Both the position numbers and the translations under genes were made by a program. A DNA stretch of 64,000 bases, from positions 18,664 to 82,663 of the forward strand of contig CAVUTL010000001.1 of NCBI GenBank assembly GCA_963744505.1, written 5' to 3'. Below the pieces are notes generated by a model that saw only the letters and a program-made list of their open reading frames with translations, was not told where the DNA came from and ran no database searches. Position 1 is the stretch's first letter. The number at the start of each line of letters is the position of its first letter. Below are positions 8,639 through 16,579 of this stretch, one piece after another. This DNA comes from an uncultured Gaiellaceae bacterium (GTDB taxonomy: Bacteria; Actinomycetota; Thermoleophilia; Gaiellales; Gaiellaceae).

Positions 8639-11600
8639 CTACCGCGCGAATGCGAGGCGCGGCCCGGCGCAGACGAGATCGAGCGCCGGGCAGTCCGAGC
8701 ATGCGAACTCGCTCGGCGTGGGCCGGAAGTCGCCTGCCTGGATCCGCGCGATCGCCGCCGAGAGCTCGGATTCGAGCTGAGCGGTGTCGTCGCGAGTAAA
8801 CGACGTCGACACGACTTCTTCCGGCCGCTCGAGGAACTGGTACGCGATCTCGACCTCGCTCGACCCGCCGCGCAGGCACACGAGTGCGTAGACGAGCCGC
8901 TGCAGCCCGTACTCGGACTCGACGATCTCGGCGGGCGTACGCTCTTCGAGCGCATTGGACTTGTAGTCGACGACGAGCGCGCGGTCGCCGTCCAGCCAGA
9001 GCACGTCTAGGCGACCCCGAATCAGGACGCCGTCGTGCTCGAACGTGAACGGGCGCTCCGGCGCAGCGCCTTCGAGCTCCGCGAGCCGCGCCGCCAGCGG
9101 AGAGGCGCAGTACGCCTCCACGAGGGCGGCGATGCGCTCGAGCTCGCCGTCGCTGGCTTCCGGATACCACGCGCGAACGCTCTCCGCGAGATCCTCGACC
9201 GAGGGCGGGACGGGGGCGTCCAGCGGGACGAGCTCGAGCAAGCGGTGCACGGCATCCCCGGTCTCGGTGGCCGCGAGGCCGGAGCCCATGCCCGAACCGT
9301 TCACCGCCTCGCGCGGCGGAAGACCGAGTACGCGCTCGGCATAGAAGCGATACGAGCAGCGCTCGAAGAGGGCGAGCGCGCTGTAGGAGAGCCGTCGTAC
9401 GTCGTGCACCGGCGGAGCGGGGATCGCGGCGAGCGCCGGAAGCTCGATTCCGAGCCGCGGCCGGCCTGTCGGGAGCTCGTCGAAGAGAAGGAGCTGGAGC
9501 TCGCTCGTGTCCTCCTCCTCGACCGACTCGGGCAGGTCGTCGCCGTCGTGCCGCGCCACGGTGAGCACGAACCGCGCGTCGCCCCGGTCGAGCTCGATCG
9601 AGGTCTCATCAGCGATGGCCACCGCCTCGTGCGCAGCGAGTCGGTCGAGCACCCAGCCGATAGGCGTCGTCCGATCGGCGCTTCGGGCGGGTTCGATCGC
9701 GCCCGAGACGATCAGCCGATCGATCGCACGTGTCATCGCGACGTAGTAGAGGCGCAGCCGCTCGGCGCGCTCCTGGTCACCCGCGGCTTCCTTCACGTCG
9801 TCCCAGTCGAACACGGGCTCGCGCCGGCCGCGGACCGGATGCAGCATCCGGAACCCGAACCTCCCGTCGGAGAGCGCCACGATCTCGTCGGGGCCGCGCG
9901 GACCGCCGACGTCCCGGCCGGCGTCGGCGACGATCACGACCTTGAACTCGAGGCCCTTCGCAGCATGAATCGTGAGAAGTCGGATGGCACCCCCGCCCTC
10001 TTCCTCCGCAACGGCCTCGAGCTCCTTCGCGCCGAGTGCATCCTGCTCGCGGACGAACCGGACGAAGCCGGCGATGTCGGCTCCACGAACTGCCTCGTAC
10101 TCGCGCGCCAGCCGACCGAGCTTGCGGATGTTCGCGAACCGACGCGCGCCATCCCAGCGGGCGAGAACCGCGAGATCGTAGTCGTGCTCGCTCACGACCC
10201 GCTCGCAGAGCGGCTCCAGGCCGATTCGCGTCGACGCGCGCACGAGACGCTCGTAGCGCTGGAGAAACGCGCGGAGCAACCGCTCGTCGCTCGGATCGAG
10301 CTGCTCGGGGAGGGTGCGCTCGAGCGCCGTGAACAGCGGTCGGCGCGGCGCGTTCCTCCGGAGGAGCACGAGCGCGTCGTTCGAGACGCCGACGAACGGG
10401 GACGCGAGCACTGTCGTCAGCGCGACGTCGTCGTAGCGGTTGTGGAGCAGCCGTAGGTACGCGAGCAGGTCGACGACCTGCTGTTGCCCGAAGTAGCCGC
10501 GCCCGGTTGCCCTGTACGTCGGGAGGCCTTCGCGCCGTAGCGCCTCCTCGTAGCGCTCGGCGTCGGTTCCAGCGGCGAACAGCACGACGATGTCGCCGGG
10601 CTCGGCCTCTCCCGAGTCGACGAGCTCGCGTACGCGACTCGCGATCCGCCGCGCCTCTCCCGTCCGCCAGTGCTCCGACGTCTCCGCAAAGCTCGCCTTG
10701 TCCGTGACGAGCAGCTCGACCGGATGGCCGAAGACCGGATCCGGGAACTCTGCCGAGGCCGCGAGCGGCTGGTAGTCGTCGCCGAACTCGTCGATGAAGA
10801 GGTGGTTCACAGCGGCGAGCACCTGCGGACGAGACCTGTAGTTCCGGGCGAGCGCGAGGAGGGTCGGCGCCTGCGCGCGTCGCTCGCGGAAGACCTCGAG
10901 GTCGGCATGGCGGAACCCGTAGATCGACTGGAACTCGTCGCCGACCGTGAACACCTCGGTGAGATCCGGATGCGCGACGAGGTCGATGAGCTCGCACTGC
11001 AGCCGGTTCGTGTCCTGGAACTCGTCCACCATGACCATGCGGAACCGGAGCTGCGTCGCCTCGCGCACCGAGGCATCGTCGCGGAGCAGGTCGCGTGCCG
11101 CGAGCTGCAAGTCCTCGAAGTCGACGACGGACTCCCGGCGCTTCGCCGCCGCGTACTCGGCTCCGAATCCATCGAGGAGCTCCTGGAGGAGATCGCGGTC
11201 GAGGGCGGCCAGCTCCTCGAGTGCGGAGCGCTCGGCACCCTTGCGAGCCGCTTCGTACGACGCTGCACGCACACCGCGGCAGGCGAACGCCGACAGATCG
11301 ACGATTCGCTCCGGCGCGGCTCCTCCGCCGAGGAACCGGAGTGCTTCGGTCGCGTTCCGGCGCTGCACCTCGGTCGCAGCGGCGTCCGCCGACAGTACTT
11401 CGGCCTCCGTGCGGAACGCCTCGGCCGCGCTCTCGACGCTCGGCCGTTCTCCGAGCTCGAGAACGAGCTCGCGGCCGGCAGAGCGCAACGTCGCGTAGAC
11501 GCCGGTCAGCATCCGGCGCAGGCCGTCGGCCCGGTAGGTGGCCAGCAGCCTCAGCCTCTCGGCGTCGCCGTCTGCGCAGAACGCATCCAGCGCGCGCACG

Positions 11601-12001
11601 AAGGCCTCCCCACGGAGAACGGCCGCACCGGAGTCCTCGAGCTCGCGGAAGCGAGGATCGAGACCGGCCGCGAACGGATGCGCGCGTAGCAGCCTGTTGC
11701 AGAAGCCATGGACCGTGGAGATCCACGCGCCGTCGAGCTCACGCGCGAGGTCGGGTCGTCCGCGCTCCCGCAGCGCGGCGCGGATGCGGGTCCGCAGCTC
11801 CCCGGCTGCCTTGCGCGTGTACGTGATGACGAGGATCGAATCGACGTCGATGCCGCGATCGCAGACGGCCCGGACGTAGCGCTCGACGAGAACCGAGGTC
11901 TTCCCGGTCCCTGCGCCGGCCGAGACGAAGACGGATCCTTCCGCCTCGACGGCCGCGAGCTGCTCTTCGTTCAGCGCCGATTCCATCTCGACGACGGTCA
12001 C
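8639..12001 (-). CDS. UvrD-type helicase with a C-terminal RecB-like nuclease (AdnB/AddA-like subunit)
   Basis: ORF 8639..12580, with the real start at GTG 12001 (or ATG 11986): MESALNEEQLAAV...SAGAGTGKTSVL. UvrD motifs run throughout. The C-terminus has YKSN...Y nuclease motifs and the Cys cluster CSDCPALDLVC. Confidence 0.9.
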   Translation of the reverse strand: MTVVEMESALNEEQLAAVEAEGSVFVSAGAGTGKTSVLVERYVRAVCDRGIDVDSILVITYTRKAAGELRTRIRAALRERGRPDLARELDGAWISTVHGFCNRLLRAHPFAAGLDPRFRELEDSGAAVLRGEAFVRALDAFCADGDAERLRLLATYRADGLRRMLTGVYATLRSAGRELVLELGERPSVESAAEAFRTEAEVLSADAAATEVQRRNATEALRFLGGGAAPERIVDLSAFACRGVRAASYEAARKGAERSALEELAALDRDLLQELLDGFGAEYAAAKRRESVVDFEDLQLAARDLLRDDASVREATQLRFRMVMVDEFQDTNRLQCELIDLVAHPDLTEVFTVGDEFQSIYGFRHADLEVFRERRAQAPTLLALARNYRSRPQVLAAVNHLFIDEFGDDYQPLAASAEFPDPVFGHPVELLVTDKASFAETSEHWRTGEARRIASRVRELVDSGEAEPGDIVVLFAAGTDAERYEEALRREGLPTYRATGRGYFGQQQVVDLLAYLRLLHNRYDDVALTTVLASPFVGVSNDALVLLRRNAPRRPLFTALERTLPEQLDPSDERLLRAFLQRYERLVRASTRIGLEPLCERVVSEHDYDLAVLARWDGARRFANIRKLGRLAREYEAVRGADIAGFVRFVREQDALGAKELEAVAEEEGGGAIRLLTIHAAKGLEFKVVIVADAGRDVGGPRGPDEIVALSDGRFGFRMLHPVRGRREPVFDWDDVKEAAGDQERAERLRLYYVAMTRAIDRLIVSGAIEPARSADRTTPIGWVLDRLAAHEAVAIADETSIELDRGDARFVLTVARHDGDDLPESVEEEDTSELQLLLFDELPTGRPRLGIELPALAAIPAPPVHDVRRLSYSALALFERCSYRFYAERVLGLPPREAVNGSGMGSGLAATETGDAVHRLLELVPLDAPVPPSVEDLAESVRAWYPEASDGELERIAALVEAYCASPLAARLAELEGAAPERPFTFEHDGVLIRGRLDVLWLDGDRALVVDYKSNALEERTPAEIVESEYGLQRLVYALVCLRGGSSEVEIAYQFLERPEEVVSTSFTRDDTAQLESELSAAIARIQAGDFRPTPSEFACSDCPALDLVCAGPRLAFAR

Positions 12002-12042
12002 GCTCTCGCCACCCGGCACATCGGCCACAGGTCGCACCAGGC
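11998..12042 (-). repeat. Relic second copy of the last 15 codons of the adnA-like gene (AWCDLWPMCRVARA-stop), abutting the adnB start
   Basis: 39 of 45 nt are identical to 12129..12173. All 6 differences fall on third codon positions. Its TGA overlaps GTG 12001 (GTGA). Confidence 0.85.
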
Positions 12043-12104
12043 GCGAAGCGCCTTGTCCGCGAAGCGGACCAGTGGAGGGGGCGTGGGGGAACCGGGAGGT
12101 TCCC
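12037..12104 (+). repeat. Intercistronic multi-hairpin repeat, copy 1 (adnA/adnB spacer)
   Basis: CCAGGCGCGAAGCGCCTTGTCCGCGAAGCGGACCAGTGGAGGGGGCGTGGGGGAACCGGGAGGTTCCC. It aligns with 35524..35598 and 55821..55887. Confidence 0.85.
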
Positions 12105-12128
12105 AGACTCGCGAAGCAGCCCTCATTC

Positions 12129-15044
12129 TCACGCTCTTGCCACCCGACACATTGGCCAGAGATCGCACCACGCCGGGCAGCCGTCGCCCTTGGGGTCGTG
12201 TTGCACGTCGCCGGCACGGATGCGGCCGGCGTTCTCTGCCGCACGCTCGCGCGCGGATTCGATCTGCGCCCAGAACGTCTCCTCGTCGAGGTAGTCGTCG
12301 CGGGCGAACCCGGGCAGGTCGTCGCGCGCGCTCTCGCGGAGCATCCCGCGCGTGAGCCGCCGGCCGGCGAGCGCCCGATAGACGCCGCCCAGCGGCTCCA
12401 CTCCGACGAGATCGCGAAGCGCGAGGATGTACAGAGGGATCTGCAGCCGGAGCTCGCGGTCGATCTCCCGCGCTGAGTGCGCGCCCTTGCCCGACTTGTA
12501 GTCCTGGACGATGCCGCGGGCGCTGAACGGGTCGATGTCGATCCGGTCGATCTTCCCGGAGAGCCAGATGCCGTCCGCAAGAGGCAGCCCGCGCTGCAGC
12601 TCTGGCGCGGCGCGCTCCGAGCCGAACGACACCTCGAGCCTGCGCGGGACGAATCCGACCCCGGACGCGGCTTCGTCGCGCAAGAAGCCTTCGAGGTCCG
12701 AGCGGAGCGTGTGGCGCAGCTCGGCAGCCTGCAGCTTCGTGAGATCGAGACGCACGCCGGACTCGAGGGCGTCGTCGAGGCAGCGGTGGGCGAGCACGAT
12801 TGCGCGCTCGAGGTTCTCGGGAGTGACGCGCTCGGAGTCGAGCTCGCGCGGGATCATCGCGTAGAACCGATGCAGCGTCGTGTGCAAGACCTGCCCGCGC
12901 AGGATCGGGTCCGGCTCCGCATCGATCTTCTTCGGGTCGATGATGCGCTCGACCAGCCACGCCGAGGAGCAGTCGGCGAAGCGCTCGAGCTCGGTCGCGG
13001 AGAAGACCGTCTTCGCCGCGAACGGCTCGACAGCGGCCGGGCTTCGGAGTGTGGTCGTGCGCTCGAAGGCGCGCCGCGCGCGGTCGAGCCGGCGCGACCA
13101 GTCGTTCGCCGCCGCGAGCGCGTTCGCACCTTCCGTGTCGTCGGCGGCGAGGCGGACGAGCGCCCGGAGCCGCTCGCGCTCGCTGGGCGCCGTCTCGAGA
13201 GGCCATGTCAGGGCCGAAAGCGGCCTCCGCCGCGTCGCGCGCTGGACTTCCGCTTGGTCGAACAGCGACCTCACGTCCTCCCAGAAGGGGCTGGGCTCCC
13301 GCGGCGTGCCCTCGTCGCCGGCCGCCTCGCGCACGAGAACGAGCCGCTGGGCTGCTCGCGTGCACGTCGTATAGAAGAGGTAACGATCGCGAGCGACGGC
13401 GTCGGGCTGCTCGAGACGACCTCCGAGCTCACGACGCGCATCGTCGCTCAGGAGCGGTGAGGGCCGAGCTCGGCGCGGGAACACGCCTTCCTCGAGCCCG
13501 AGAACGAAGACGACGTCGAACGCGCGCGTGCGCGCACGCTCGTGGTCGAGGACGGCCACGCGGCCGGCCTCGGGGCCGCCCGGGGGGAGCCGCGTGCGCT
13601 CGAGGGCGACGACCACGTCTTCCCCTCCCACGTCGAAGCCACCCTCGGCAAGAGCACGGAGCTCGTCGAGAGCGCGTGCTGCGGCTCGATGCGCGCGGGC
13701 GTCAGCTCGTGCGTCGCCGCCGGTCGGAGGCGCTTCGAGGCCCCAGGCGTTGCGAAGCATCGCATCGAGCAGCCGCCTCGCCGCTGCGATCGGATCGGGC
13801 TCGGCGCGTAGTGCAACGAGTGCGGGCACAGGTGCGCCACGGAGCCGCTCGCTCTCCTCGTCGACACGCGCGGGATCGGCGATCGCGCGTCCGCGCAGCC
13901 TGCCTTCCACGAAGTCGACCGATCGCCGCTCGAGCCCGGAGAACGGAGAGCGCAGGAACGCGAAGAGATCGCCGCGCGAGCCGCCGGTCCACTCGTATCG
14001 GAGGAGCGCAATCAGGGCCCGGCCGAGCGGAGCCTCGCCGAGACGACGGCCGTGCTCGACCGTGAACGGGACCTCGAGCTGCGTCAGGGCTGCCTCGAGG
14101 GGCGCGCGCCACCGATCCGGCGACTCGCATACGACAGCGACCCGCTCGGGCGCGGTCCCGCCGCGGAGAAGTGACGCGAGCTCGCTCGCGAGCAGCTCCA
14201 CCGTCCCGTGCGTTCCCGCTCCCTCGAGAAAGCGGATTGCGCCGTCGAGCGTCGGGGCGGCGCATGCGTCATCCGAGAACAGCTCGCGCTCGACGTGAGC
14301 GAGTGCGGCGGGCGTCATACCCGCCTCCGCACGCGGAAGCTCCTCGATCTTCCCCCCGGCGAGCCCGGCCAGATCGGCGACCGTCCGCTCGAGCGCCTGG
14401 AACACCGCTCGGCCCGGCTCGTACGGGATCGACACCGTCACGTCGGCGCGTGCGGCGAGCGCCTCGAGCAGCGCCCACTCCGCCCCGGTGAGATCCTCGA
14501 ACCCGTACGCGAAGACGGGCGAACCGTGCCAGGAGCCGAGGTCTCCGCGGAGACGCTCGACTGCGAGCCGGCGGAGCCCGTCGCGATCCAAGAGGCCGAG
14601 GGCAGCGAGCTCCTCGCGATACGAGGCGACGAGCAGTGCGAGATCGCCCGCGAGGGCGCTCGGGTGGACGAGTCCCGACTCGAGCTCGCCGATCGTCTGG
14701 AGCAGCGTGTCGGCGAATCCGGCGGTCGTCGCCGACGTGCTCAGCTCGTCGAGCTCGACGCGCGCCACGGCGCGTCGAACGGCCAGGGTGCGTTGGATCT
14801 CGGAGGCGATGGGCAGTGCGTCGCTGCCTCCGTCCGCGACATGCCGGAAGAGATCGTCGAACGTCCCGACGGTGCCCGCGAGCAGCGCCGGGCGTCGACG
14901 AACGAGGTCGCGCTCGACGCGATCGACGTCGACCCGATTCGGCACGAGAAGCCACGGATCGCGGTCGAGAACGTCGACATAGCGCTCCAGAAGCAGCGCG
15001 ACCTTGCCGACGTGAGCCGGCCCCAGGACGAGCGAGAGACCCAT
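12129..15044 (-). CDS. PD-(D/E)XK nuclease / inactivated-helicase subunit (AdnA/AddB-like), 971 aa
   Basis: The track ORF is intact. N-terminal degenerate P-loop LGPAHVGKV. The C-terminal nuclease region has DYKSGK and the Fe-S type Cys cluster CPAWCDLWPMC. Confidence 0.85.
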   Translation of the reverse strand: MGLSLVLGPAHVGKVALLLERYVDVLDRDPWLLVPNRVDVDRVERDLVRRRPALLAGTVGTFDDLFRHVADGGSDALPIASEIQRTLAVRRAVARVELDELSTSATTAGFADTLLQTIGELESGLVHPSALAGDLALLVASYREELAALGLLDRDGLRRLAVERLRGDLGSWHGSPVFAYGFEDLTGAEWALLEALAARADVTVSIPYEPGRAVFQALERTVADLAGLAGGKIEELPRAEAGMTPAALAHVERELFSDDACAAPTLDGAIRFLEGAGTHGTVELLASELASLLRGGTAPERVAVVCESPDRWRAPLEAALTQLEVPFTVEHGRRLGEAPLGRALIALLRYEWTGGSRGDLFAFLRSPFSGLERRSVDFVEGRLRGRAIADPARVDEESERLRGAPVPALVALRAEPDPIAAARRLLDAMLRNAWGLEAPPTGGDARADARAHRAAARALDELRALAEGGFDVGGEDVVVALERTRLPPGGPEAGRVAVLDHERARTRAFDVVFVLGLEEGVFPRRARPSPLLSDDARRELGGRLEQPDAVARDRYLFYTTCTRAAQRLVLVREAAGDEGTPREPSPFWEDVRSLFDQAEVQRATRRRPLSALTWPLETAPSERERLRALVRLAADDTEGANALAAANDWSRRLDRARRAFERTTTLRSPAAVEPFAAKTVFSATELERFADCSSAWLVERIIDPKKIDAEPDPILRGQVLHTTLHRFYAMIPRELDSERVTPENLERAIVLAHRCLDDALESGVRLDLTKLQAAELRHTLRSDLEGFLRDEAASGVGFVPRRLEVSFGSERAAPELQRGLPLADGIWLSGKIDRIDIDPFSARGIVQDYKSGKGAHSAREIDRELRLQIPLYILALRDLVGVEPLGGVYRALAGRRLTRGMLRESARDDLPGFARDDYLDEETFWAQIESARERAAENAGRIRAGDVQHDPKGDGCPAWCDLWPMCRVARA

Positions 15045-15112
15045 CGGTCCATCGTAGTCCTGGGCTCGGGCCTGCTTTCGTACGCACAGGCACGACTCTG
15101 TGCAAAGAGCGT

Positions 15113-15146
15113 GGAAAGGGTCAGCCCTTCGAAGCCTGACCCTTTC
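15113..15146 (-). terminator. Stem-loop directly after the small zinc-ribbon gene
   Basis: 11-bp stem GAAAGGGTCAG / CTGACCCTTTC, starting 4 nt after the TAG at 15150-15152, followed by CACGCTCTTTGC on the minus strand. Confidence 0.6.
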
Positions 15147-15149
15147 GGG

Positions 15150-15344
15150 CTACGCGACCGACTTCGGGCGCCGGCCGCGCCTGGCGACCGCCTGGCCCGG
15201 CATCCCGGCTGCGCAGTCGTCGCAGAGATCGGCCTGCTTCGAGCCGCGTCGCGCATCGGTGTAATTGAGGCGCATGACCGCGCCGCGACTCTCCGGGACT
15301 TCCTTGCTGCACTTGTCGCATACGAGGATCGTCTTTCGTGCCAT
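15150..15344 (-). CDS. Small (64 aa) CxxC...CxxC zinc-ribbon protein with a basic RRGRRPK tail
   Basis: MARKTILVCDKCSKEV...ADLCDDCAAGMPGQAVARRGRRPKSVA. It has a very strong SD (AGGAGGAAAAGAG-ATG) and a relatively AT-rich upstream region. Confidence 0.75.
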   Translation of the reverse strand: MARKTILVCDKCSKEVPESRGAVMRLNYTDARRGSKQADLCDDCAAGMPGQAVARRGRRPKSVA

Positions 15345-15463
15345 CTCTTTTCCTCCTGACTCGTACTGTTTCGCGAGCGGATACTAGAGTAAAAGAGATA
15401 GGAAATGCAACGTAAAAGCACGGTCTGTTTTTTGGCGCCAATCGTACGCAGTACGATCGGCGC

Positions 15464-16531
15464 ATGCAGACGATCGCAGTCCTCGAAGGCGACCAGACCG
15501 GCCAGGAGCTCCTGGAGGAGGCGCTGCGAACGCTTGCTGCGGACGTGGTCGGCGTCGAGCTCGGCTTCGTCCGCTTCGACCTCTCCCTCGAGGGCCGCCG
15601 AGCGACGAGGAACGCAGTCGTGTACGAGGCTGCGAAGGCTGTCCGCGAGCACGGGTTCGGGCTGAAAGCCGCCACGGTCACGCCGGAGGGTGCGGACGAC
15701 GTCGGCTCGCCCAACCGGATCCTCCGCGAGGAGATCGGCGGGAAGGTGATCGTGCGCACTGGACGCCGCATCCCCGGCGTCGTCCCGCTCGGAGGCGTCC
15801 ACGCCCCCATCTCCGTCGTACGCATGGCAGTAGGAGACGCATACGGAGCGAAGGAGTGGCGCGAGGGCGAGGGCGACGACGAGATCGCGCTCCGCACCGA
15901 GCGCATCGAGCGGCGCATCTGCCACGCGGTCGCGGAGTTCTCGTTCCGTCAGGCCGAGCGAACCGGCGCCAAGGTCTTCGGCGGACCGAAGTACACGGTC
16001 AGCCCGATCTACGAGGGGATGCTCAAGGAGGAGATGGACGAGGCGGCCACGCGCCATCCCGACGTGCCGTACGAGCCGCAGCTCATCGACGCGACGTTCG
16101 CGCTGCTGATCTCGTCGAGCGGCGCACCGATGGTGATTCCCGCCCTGAATCGCGACGGCGACATCCTGTCCGACCTCGTGCTGCCTCTGTTCGGCTCGAT
16201 TGCCGGCTCGGAGTCGCTGCTCGTCGCATTCGGCGACGACTACGTGCCGAATGCGCTCATGGCCGAGGCCGCCCACGGAACCGCGCCGTCGCTCGAGGGG
16301 AAGGACGTCGCGAACCCGATGGCGATGATCCTCGCGGGTGCGGCGCTGCTCTCCCACTCCGATGACGAGCAGACGCAGACCGCCGGACGCGCGATCCGCG
16401 AGGCGTGCCTCGAGGCCGTCGCGGACGGGATCAGAACGGCCGATCTCGGCGGCCATTCGGGGACGAGCGCATTCACCGACGAGGTGATCCGACGGACACG
16501 CACGAAGATCGAGGTGTGGTCGTCGCTGTGA
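15464..16531 (+). CDS. Isocitrate/isopropylmalate dehydrogenase family protein
   Basis: 355 aa with GLKAATVTPEG...SPNRILREEIGG, ALNRDGDILSDL and AEAAHGTAP, as in beta-decarboxylating dehydrogenases. TACGAT lies 6 nt before the ATG. Confidence 0.75.
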   Translation: MQTIAVLEGDQTGQELLEEALRTLAADVVGVELGFVRFDLSLEGRRATRNAVVYEAAKAVREHGFGLKAATVTPEGADDVGSPNRILREEIGGKVIVRTGRRIPGVVPLGGVHAPISVVRMAVGDAYGAKEWREGEGDDEIALRTERIERRICHAVAEFSFRQAERTGAKVFGGPKYTVSPIYEGMLKEEMDEAATRHPDVPYEPQLIDATFALLISSSGAPMVIPALNRDGDILSDLVLPLFGSIAGSESLLVAFGDDYVPNALMAEAAHGTAPSLEGKDVANPMAMILAGAALLSHSDDEQTQTAGRAIREACLEAVADGIRTADLGGHSGTSAFTDEVIRRTRTKIEVWSSL

Positions 16532-16579
16532 CGGTTCCGGGCACCGCCGGCGTGGCCCCGACATAGAGTTCGCCACCGC

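Noticed and set aside
12072-12476. Plus-strand ORFs 12072..12476, 35577..36173 and 55800..56048 share an N-terminal peptide (W)GNREV(P/H), which could suggest a small conserved gene family.
   Set aside because: The shared peptide is simply the repeat-element core GGGGAACCGGGAGGTTC read in one frame. Similarity stops where the repeat ends, and the rest of each ORF is antisense to adnA, smc or ribE.
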